Source: Azolla caroliniana
Taxonomy: Eukaryota; Plantae; Polypodiophyta
Assembly: GCA_043228905.1 (NCBI GenBank)
Contig: JBHGNT010000005.1
Location: forward strand, 22,320,001 to 22,384,000
Direction: 5' to 3'
Length of the DNA: 64,000 bases
Part shown: piece by piece, positions 50,658-60,806 of the stretch
Layout: every line of letters begins with the position of its first letter
Numbering within the stretch: the stretch's first letter is position 1
The notes under the pieces: generated by a model
The model's database searches: none
Seen by the model: only the letters and a program-made list of their open reading frames with translations
Told to the model about the DNA's origin: nothing
Made by a program: the position numbers and the translations under genes

Positions 50658-51302
50658 AGATAGAAAGAGAGAGACACAGAGAATACGCAAGGTTAAGTAT
50701 ATTAAGAAAGGAGAAAGACACCACACATACAAGGTCTGAGGAGGGTGCTTTATATAGTCACCCTCTCTCTTCATTAACTACAAGACTCATGGAGCATGGG
50801 GAATGTGAAAGCTCATAAGTTATATGTCATAGAATATGATTCTATGACTCATACTAAATGCTAGAATACAAAGTGGTGACATAATGGTGACTCTTGACCG
50901 TTGGAGAAACAATCGACAACGGTTCGGTTTTGTAAAGAATCAAGAGATGGATTCTTGTGAAGCGGAATAGGTGTGTGTGTGTGTGTGTGTGTATGAGATA
51001 GAGAGAGAGACATAGACTATACACAAGGTTAAGTATATTAACAAAGGAGAAAGACACAACACATACAAGGTGGGAGGAGGGTGCTTTATATAGTCACCCT
51101 CTCTCTTCATTAACTACAAGACTCATGGAGCATGGGGAATGTGAAAGCTCATAAGTTATGTGTCATAGAATATGATTCTATGACTCATACTAAATGCTAG
51201 AATACAAAGTGGTGACATAATGGTGACTCTTGACCGTTGGAGTGTCTCTTCAGTCTCGAGGTGAGTTCACACACTAGACCAAGTTGAGCTTGATTCTCAA
51301 CA
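50564..51302 (-). mobile_element. Compound solo LTR: partial LTR 50564-50906, 24-bp linker, full LTR 50931-51302; related to the LTR at 20613-21065
   Basis: 5-bp TSD TCCTT flanks the whole unit; TGTAAAGAAT...CTCAACA ends. Confidence 0.87.
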
Positions 51303-54300
51303 TCCTTCCATTTATGCGCGATCCTTCCACTTGTGAACGCGAACGTGTTATCAAGTTATGCAAGAGAAACATCATTTTGAGCATATCATCATTTTGAGCA
51401 TGTTTTTGTTGAAAATCATCATTTTGCACATCATTATGTTGAGCATCATCATACTGACCAATAACAGTTTTTTGTGACCAACCACATGTAGAAGCATCTA
51501 CATCAATAAGGTTTTTCTGTTTTACATCAACAGAAGGCATAATATCTTTAAACACAAACTTTCTCACTTCTACCTCCTTTACGAACTGTTTATGCATTTT
51601 GTTCTCATAAAAAACAACACCACTACTTCTGACCATAGTCCATGTGTCAGGGTCCCATAAGCGATATCCAAATTGTCCATCAATTCCATAACCAAGGAAT
51701 ACATTTTCTGCATTTATAGTCCAACTTCTTTCTTAGAGTTTTTGGAACGTGTACATATGCTTCACATCCAAAAACTCTAAGATGAACATAATAAGGTGTC
51801 TTGCATGTCCACAAATCTTGTGCCACTTTTAGACCTATGGTTGTGTTCGGTGATAGATTAATCACATGGACTGATGTTAAAACAACTTCTGCCCAAAAAC
51901 CTTGTGAGAGGTTTGCATGGTGTAACATAGAGACAACTTTGTCCTAGATTGTTCTATTCATCCTCTCAGCCACACCGTTTTGGACAAGGGTGTAAGGAGC
52001 TATAAACTCTCTCTGAATGCCTCTAGAATCACCTCCATTGTCCGAATGTAAATCCTTAAGCTTTATGTCCTTTCCCAGCTCAACCGGACTAAGCCATTTT
52101 CTGAAAGTAGGGTATACATCATCCTTACCCTTAATAGGATAAACCTAAACTTTCCTAGTGGCATCATCAATAAAAGTAACAAAGTACAACACACCACCCA
52201 AAGATCTTGTGGGTATAGGTCCACAAACATCCGTGTGGACAAGGTCCAATGGTTTAGTGGATGAGTTAACACTGGTCTTATGTGCACTTCTGGTTTGCTT
52301 ACCATGTTGGCAATGTTCACATAAGGCAAAATCAGAGAATGACAACTTAGGTAAGTGGCCACAACGAGATAAATTTTCTATGCCATTTCTCAACATGTGG
52401 CCTAAACGGCCATGCCAAATGCTCGTCATTGGTTGGTTTGTGACAGCCAACAAACGTTCTTTTTTATGAACAATTAGAGGGTAGAGGGAACCAAATTTGT
52501 TCCCTTTTGCAACAATCATATTTCCTTTCGTTATACGAAGAAGGATTCAGAAGCGAATGTCACCTTATATTCGTTGTCATCAAGCCGACCAATGGACATT
52601 AGTCTACAAGTTAGTTGAGGAACATTGCTTACATCTTTAATGGTAAGATGAGAACCATCACTAAAGTGCATTGAGATATCTCCAATACCAATCACATCAT
52701 ACTGATGTGAATCTCCAAGTCTAACTTTCCCAAGTGACTTGGCTTCATAACATGTGAACCACTCTCTATGTGGAGTCACATGGAATGATGCATCGGAGTC
52801 CAACAACCACGTATGTGATGGAGAAAAAACCATATTCACCCCGACATGTGTGCTAATATCATCTAAGACCAAGATGCCTACCTCATCATATGTTACATTT
52901 ACTTCCTCTATTTCCACCGAGGATGAGGGACCACTTGATTGTCTTTCATGCCCATCACCTTTGAATTTAGCATTATCCTTTTCCTTATTTTTCAGGGCAT
53001 AACAATCTTTCTTGAGGTGTCCCTTTTTATGACAATAATGGCACTCCATATTTCTCTTCCTAGATTTGCTTCTACCTCTATTATTTCGACTACTATTTCT
53101 CGTTTGGCTCCTACCATGGTGTTGGTTCTTGCAAGAACCAACATCATAAACATTATATGCATCTTTATTATGTGATGCAATCATAGATTTCCTACGAATC
53201 TCTTCACCCAAGAGTGCTCCACATATGTCATTATAGACTAATTTCCCATTTGGTGCACTAGCGTTAATAGCTGTGCAAAATGTGTCCCATGAGCTAGGCA
53301 AAGTGCATAACAGAAATACACATTTTAGCTCATCGTCCATAGTCATTTTCTGAGCCTGTAATTGTGACCATAATGCATCAAAATCATTCAAATGAGATGC
53401 GACACTATCGTTGTCCTTCATTCGAAGATCCTAAATTTTTCTCATTAGATAAACTTTATTTGATGCAATCTCTTTTTCGTATGTACTGCACAGTTTAGTC
53501 CATAACTTTTTGGCTTACTCATAGTCCAAGACCGTGAAGTATACATTGTCAGCTAGGTGCAATCTTATGTTAGACATTTCCAAGAGATCGAGCTCTTCCC
53601 AATCGTCCTTGGTCATGCCCTCATGTCTATTGGCTTTGCCACCTAATGGCCTTAATTGCCTTGTTTGAATCAGAACATCTCTCATCTTATTCTTCCACAA
53701 GGCGAAGTTGGATTCGCCAAATTTACGGATCTCAAGGTGGTCTTTTACACTCATAGAGTGATTTCTATGGGAATTAAAGGAACCACCGCGTGAGGTACTC
53801 GAAACCTTGGACATTTCAGAAGCCATTGAGTGGTAAGTAAACCTAGTCAGTTGCAACTCTAAGCACCTAATGATAGTTGGGACACTACTTACTTGTAGGT
53901 CTCAAGTACAACTATCACCGTGTTCAAAGGTATGTATGTGTGTTCGCCTAAGAACAACACCTCACTCTTATCTCAGCCAAAGGTAAATGGAATGTGATTA
54001 AGACACAACTTCCAATGTCACAATCTCGCATCAAGTGAGCAAGCATTTGAAAAAAAAAATGCAAGTCCTCTCTTTTGTAAACTAGAAACGAGTGAGTCCT
54101 CTCTGTTTCTAGGTTTAGAGAAGAAGAAGAAAACAACCTTTCAAAGGTATATTTCCCCCAAAAAAAGCTTGAAAATGAGTTACTACAAAAGCAAGTACTA
54201 GATATTACCTCTGTTCGACGAGTTCTTGACAAAACAGCATACGCAGAGGGGCAAAGACAAGGAAAAATGAGTGATTCCCACCACGAATGATGTCTTGCAT

Positions 54301-54985
54301 GTAGTCCAGGCTCCGATACCACTGTTGGAAGAGAAACGGGAAGCGAATGAGTTGTTGTTTTTCTGCAGAGGAAACGATGAACAACACACAGAAGACAGCA
54401 CAAGAAAAAAGACACACTGAAAAATATTTTAGCGGGCGCACAAAAAACCCTCGTATTATTAGCTTATATATCTATTCATAAATAGTGAGAATTTACCTTT
54501 TTAGCCTTTCTCACTATCTATCAATTATTACTTGTATTTTATATTTTATTATAAATATTTAATTAGTTTTGGGTGGTTAGGCGATGACAACCGATACCGT
54601 CAGACAGTGGACGGTGATGTTCAACCAATAACAATTGATGGCGGTGGGCGACGACCAGCTAGCAATAGTGGGTGGAGAGCAAAGCAATGGTGGTGGTGGA
54701 GACAACGGTCCCCCTTTCCCTTAAATTATCTTTGTAGCCTCCTGAAGGGGATGCACCTATAAGTTTAAACAATTTATTGTTTTGACCCCAACTTCGGGCA
54801 TCATCCGGTGGAGGGAACATCAGTTGTGGCCAACGTGGCGAGTCTGACTCCCATTGTCTGATAGTTTATGGGAGGGCATAATTTGTTCCGGACACATTGA
54901 CCATATAATATCCTATGGTAACAAGTATTGTAGTATTCTATACATGTCCTAAGGATTAAAAGTAATCCTTCCCTTCTTTACACTC

Positions 54986-57900
54986 TTTTTTTTTCCAAAA
55001 AAAAAACTCCTTCCATTAGTTATAAAATTTTACAAATGAGACGATTATGTACAAATCCCTGAAGGGATGCGATAGTTCCATCTTATGTGGATGCCCACTG
55101 ACTCAAGAAAGGGAGAGGACGACCATTGTTGGATGAAGGTTATTCGTTGTCTTTCAACTCCCTCAGAGCCGCCCTTGAGGCCATCATATTGGCTCTTCAG
55201 AGTGGCTACAATTTCACTCCATATCTCTTGCAGTAACCTTGTTGGATGTGCGGTTTGGTTGGAGAAGACTCGCCTACATCGTTGTTTCCATAGAATCCAA
55301 AGGGTTATTGGGTTGACCAATTCCAACACCTCTTGACATTTGTCATTAAGAGGAGTGGAGTGGACATTGCCGCTGGAGGAGAAAAGGACCTCTTGTGCTT
55401 TTATCACCAAAGTCATCCCCTCCTCCTGATGCTCGTATCTTCCAATTGCGGTCTGCCATGATAGCCAACATATATTTCCCCATTTGATTGAGCCTTGCAC
55501 CTAGCATAATTGTAACAAGCGGCCAACCCCCCTACCATATTTGATGGGACATTAGGCAGTCCCACAGAGTGTGTCGTATTGATTCTACTGCATGTGGGCA
55601 CTCTACACAATTAGGAGAGCTAAGGTTCCCACGTTGCCATGATCCCACCGGTAGGGACTTATGTATTAATAGCCATTGGAACGTGGTAATTCGCCTCGCG
55701 TGTTGTTGTTTCCAGATTTTCTGCCAAAACTTGGTGATTGGGATCAGCTTATATCCCAATCGACCAGTCTCAGAAAACGCGAATCACAAACATTGGAGGT
55801 ATTATCGGCATTGGACGTGGCGAAGCCGCAATGGTACCACTTCACCGCGATCGTGATCGCGGGAATGGGATTCTTCACTGATGCCTACGATCTCTTTTGC
55901 ATCTCCACGGTGTCAAAGCAAGGAACTTGAAATGTGGGCCAGACCTTCGCAACAGCCAGTTCTCGGGCAATTTGAGCAGCTAGAATGTGGCGACCCAATC
56001 TAGTTGTGAACTGGAAGAAAGGGATGGGTTTGCTTCCTTGCCCCGCGTAGGGATCACGCCATGTCCATTGCAAAGGGTCCCAACTGACCTTACGTAGCCC
56101 TGTGTTTTCATGAGTACATATATGCAAATCGGGTTGTACTTTGATCGGATCAGGATCTACAATCCATTTATGACCAATATATGCGAGTACTCGAATTGCG
56201 TTATTCTGTGTTGGTGTCTCAGTGTCTCTCAATTCAGAGCCTTCGACTCTGTCTGGTGGTCCCCTACCTCTCGGGATCAGAGATCCCTCCTCCTCGTGGC
56301 CTATCCTGTTCTCCATTGTCATCCTTTGAGTAGCAGATTCCCTAATTAGTAGGGCGTTAATGATTTCCGATCTCATAGTCCATCCGCCCCTGATTCCATG
56401 GAGTATGTTCACCTGATCTTGTAGTGGCGTTGACATAAACCGTCGCCAACATTCTATACTTTTTCCTGGACCTTCTGCAATGTATCCCCATGACAACCCC
56501 TTAGGTGATCCTAGTAGTTGATTAGATTCATCCTTGAGACATGGGTTCCATAGGATACGTTGACTGAGCCAGGCAAGTTCGGATCTCAGTTGATCACACT
56601 TGAGCCCTTGACGAATGTCACACCATGCCTTCCACATGGATGCACTAAATCTATCCTCCAATTGGCGGGAGAAACTAGGTTTGAGATCCATGTTTAGAAT
56701 CCATCCCATTTGGGGGGCCCAATTAACCCCTTTTTGTGGCCTAAAGTAAGCGAAACGTAACCTCAGTAGCATTTTCCAACAATCATTTCCTGGTTGGAGT
56801 CTTCGCACCACAAATTTGGCAAGTAAGGCTTTCGATTGTGAAAGGGGATCAATAAGACCCAATCCCCCTCTCGACTTACGCGTTGTGAGTATGGGCCACA
56901 CGACCTTGGCACGAGTTACATTGTCTTCCTTACCAAACCAAATGTAGTTGCGGACCAGTCGTTGAATTTGATGTATACTTTCCTTGGAGATTGTCCAGCA
57001 TGATAGACTGTACCATGTTGTTGCGAGTAGTACCTAATTTGCGACTATGATGCGACCCGCTAGCGACAATTTTTTTGAGCTCCAATGTATCAATTTTTGT
57101 CGAATGGAATGGATAACGGGTGCAATCATAGTCTTCGGCAGTATGTTGAAACCAATTTGGAAACCCAAATATTTGGTGCTCGCTCCTTGATTGATCCATT
57201 TGAAAGCGGGATGTGGGTGCCACTCTAGATGTGTTTCCTAAGAGAGCCATATTGCGCAGGGTTTGTGCCAATTGATCATGGCGTTGGATCTCTTGCAAAA
57301 TACAACTAGCCCACGTTCTAGCTTTTGGAGGTTTTCCAAGTCCCCTTGCAGCTAAACTGCTGTGTCATTTGCAAATTCTATATCCTGGATGCTTTGGTGA
57401 GAATGAGGTATGAGAAGACCACATAGGTTGAGATGTCGCGAGTTGAGAAAGCAAGAGAGTGCTTCGGCATATAATAGAAATAAGGATGGAGCTAGTGGGC
57501 ATCCCTGCCATACAGATCAAGATATTCGAAAAAAGGGGCCCCTTTCACCTGCCAGCAAAACGCAACTGCTACCATTCCTATAAAGTCCTACAATGCCTTT
57601 GATCCATGTCTCTTGAAAGCCGAGTTTCCTCATCACACTTTCTAGAAAGTTCCAGCATACCATGTCATATGCTTTCTCAAAATCTAGTAGCACCACCGCA
57701 ACCTTGTTGTTGGTACGCTTGGCAAGGGCTACTACTTCCCAGAATGAGAAGAGGTTGTCTAGGATGCTTTGATTTCTAACGAAACCTGTCTAGGATGGAT
57801 GAATGAGTTGAGGGAGAAGTGGTGTTAAACGGCGTGCCACGATTTTTGCGAGCAACTTATCGACAGTATTGAGAAGAGTTATGGGCCACCACTTGCTAAT

Positions 57901-60330
57901 GTCATTGGCATTCCCACCACTTTTAGGAATGAGATGTATCATCCCCTATCCAAATTCCTCCGGCATGCTTCTAGAGGTGATGATCTCCTGATATGCCTGG
58001 AGGAGGTCTTCTTTAATAGTGCTCCAAAGGCATGTGAAAAAGTGTGGGGTGAGACCGTCGATTCCGGGGCAGCTATCGGCATCTAAATCAATGAGGGACG
58101 CATGAGCCATGTATTCATTTCCAGCATGACTTTCTCGGGTATGCTTTGGAGGATAATATCTTCTCTTATGTCTTCCCCTATAGCTATAATGTCTTCGGTA
58201 AGTAGGCAGTTGTAATACCTTTCGGCAATATTCCTCATTTCGTCGACATCCTCAGTGGTCGTTCCATCCTCTCGGTTGAGGCTGCGTATCACAATTCTAG
58301 CGTGCCTCGGGCCTTTGGAGCGGAAGAATTCCTTTGTGGTTTTGTCCCCTACTCGAATCCATCGCGCCATGCTTCCATGAAACTCCATGTCATATAGTTC
58401 CTTTTCCACCATGCTAAGTTCATGTTTGGCCATGGCGACTTGTCCTGCGATCCAAATACAGGACGGGTATCTCTGTTGGAGTCATTGTAAGGCTATTAGT
58501 CCCCGTTTTGTCCTCTGTCGCTTCTCCTGAGCATCCTTGCTTCTGGTCTTGACAATCTCATGTAGGAGAGTAGAAGCTCTTGTTAATTTAGCTAAAAGTT
58601 TGTCCGATGTTGATGAGCCATTGACGGGTAATGATCATTGGTTGGATAGTTGGTCCTTCACGTCTATAAATGTGAAAATAGTGTGAGGGATGCGAGTCTG
58701 GAATGGGCCCCATTTCCAGTGCAATTGAAAATGACCAGCTATCGGGTAATGGTCAGAGAAAATCGTGCCTGGAGTTATGCGACATCACCCTCCCTTTGCT
58801 TCTAGAGCCTCCCCCACATAAATGCGGTCAATGCAAGATAGGGTGGGTCCACTATTCCGCCCGTCTGATCGGGAGAATAGGAGAGAATCCCTTTTCCGTT
58901 GGAAGTTGGCAGAATGCCAAATGTCTCGCAGGTTAAGGTGGACACATAGCTTCTCCCATTGCTTATGTTCCCTTCCTTGTAGAACTATGGGGTTGTTGTT
59001 GGAGCTATCGTGAATGGATTTGATCATATTAAAATCCCCTCCAATGCACCACTCTTCCGCACCCACTACTTGTAGGCAGATGCGGTCCCAGAATGTTGCC
59101 CTTTCTGTTCTGCTATATGGAGCATAAACATTCATGAAGTTCCATCGTTGCCCTTGGATGGCCAACGTGCAAAAATGTGCCCTACCAGGTATAAGTGATT
59201 CTTGGTGTATTAAGCCTTGGGCTAGATGTTCCCAAATCAAAGTGCAAATACCACCATGATTTCCATCCTCCCCAATTGTTGGCTCCCAAATCGTTCGCCA
59301 TGATCCTGGTAGAAGGTCTCTAACTTCCTTTAACTGTGTGCTATCGAGGTGGTGTTCTTGCAACATGATGATGTCAACACCACTCCCTAGTAAATATTCT
59401 TCAAAATCCCTTCTCAATGTCCATCTATTTTGCTGGTCTAGTCTACTTCTGAGTCCTTGCACGTTCGATGTTATAATCTTCATACTCATGCAATGGGGTG
59501 GGAGATTGCCAGTTGTTCCTGGTGCTTTGTACAGCAGGTCATAAGTGGGGAGCACTCACCATTTAGACATCCAGTCATTTCCAGGGATGGAATAGTGGTC
59601 CACATCCATGAGTGGAGTTTGTGGGCTATCCTATGAGCTTCAATCACCCCTTCATGCTTCTCATAGAAATAGAAAAAGCTTGGAGTTAGTTGGGTGTCTA
59701 TGATAGTCTGCAGGTGGATGTGGCAAAGATGAGGTCCCTCTTCATCCATGGTGCACCAAAATTCAGTGTTATGCCAATATTGCTTTAGTTCGTTCATGAG
59801 CTCTTCATCTCTTATTTGTGCTACAAAGCACGATGCTTGGCTACATAACATTGTCGTGTTACTACGCGTGTGCGTGGAGAAACGAGGCGGGACCACCGGG
59901 GTCTTGAACCGAAGAGCAGGTGATAGAAGGGGAAAGAGAGAGAGAGAGACACCTGTCACGTATGAGCAAAGAAACACAGGGGCACGGCCCGTCAACACAG
60001 AAGACGCGAATGGACACAGAGACAGGGAGACACAAGTTTTTGTAGATTAACGAATAACAAATACACAACAGAGCACGCGAGCTATTACAACCGAACAGAC
60101 CGGCGAACAGATGCCGATGCCTGTTCGTTTGCGCATGAAAGGAGAAAAGGGTGGAGGTGCTGCCGGAAGCACACGGGCGTTCCTCGAAGCAGCGCGAGCC
60201 TCCCGAAACCCTGCAGAGAAGAGCGATCGAGAACGAACAGAGGAGAAGCGTTCGGTTACGGTCCGACAGCACTTCGTCCTCCTTAATGCGCGATCCCTTC
60301 TTTCTGCGTCTCCCTCTCCCTTATAGCGTC
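54986..60330 (-). mobile_element. Degraded L1/Tx1-like LINE (ORF2 ~59489-55045; 5' boundary approximate)
   Basis: Endonuclease MKIITSNVQG / MLQEHH / IGGDFN / IDRIY; RT motifs including LLDFEKAYD and RQGCPLAP; GGLGL; zf-RVT-like C-terminus; A-rich 3' end at ~54986. Confidence 0.85.
55781..55919 (+). pseudogene. PHT1: N-terminal fragment of a PHT1 phosphate transporter inserted antisense within LINE ORF2
   Basis: Translates [42 protein letters not shown], close to the conserved PHT1 start [35 protein letters not shown]. Confidence 0.9.
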
Positions 60331-60806
60331 AAGAAGGGAGCCGTCTCCCTCATTTACGTCCTACCTACCGAATCTAACTACCCAGGATATACCTACGTAC
60401 TTAATCTCTATTATATACATTAAGGGCGCGCATGTGTGAAGAGCCGGTTCACGCGCGCTATGCACCGATTACGCTAAGGGACGGTTTTCTTCACGACAAC
60501 GTATCTTTAATCTTGGATTTTGACCAATCTTCCTGTGTCGGAAGCAAGAGTGGAAAGGAGATCGAGGTCGTCGGAACTCCGTTATTGTGTACCGCTAATA
60601 CATGTACCCTTATTTTTTCCACTGTCTTGAGCCCTATACCTAGCCATTTCAAGGCATTTTGTGGGTGTGGTTCAAGGCCTTGGCTAGAGGAAGCACACTC
60701 ATTTGTGTCTGGGACGACTATGATTTAAGGCGTGCCATTCACACTTCTGCCTTGGTTTGTTGCTTCTGCATTGGGTGCAGTTCCACTCAAGCTCCTTATT
60801 AAGGTC

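Larger units (their letters stand above)
42714..51350 (+). mobile_element. Sola-like DDD-type DNA transposon with a defective transposase (~42897-43569 joined to 48652-50237)
   Basis: ~37-bp TIRs T(G/A)ACACGTTCGC(A/G)TTCACAAGTGGAAGGAT(T/C)GCGCAT; short TSD TC (or ATC). Removing it restores the copia sequence. Motifs: CSIC, IDGMDQKKTCLP, IQLDNTARENKN, FLLVGHTHDHIDQMFS. Confidence 0.82.
40788..54523 (-). mobile_element. Degraded Ty1/copia (Tnt1/Tork-like gag) hosting nested insertions
   Basis: ~200-bp LTRs 40788-40989 and 54323-54523; TSD ATTGT / ATTAT; PBS TGGTATCGGAGC at 54310-54321. gag CHYCHKKGHLKKDC, protease WLLDSDAS, integrase (51400-52500), RT YVDD and RNase H (41160-42700). Confidence 0.93.

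Noticed and set aside
55676-55930. Functional PHT1 gene
   Set aside because: Only ~46 codons, no proper start, no downstream PHT1 exons, and LINE sequence on both sides.
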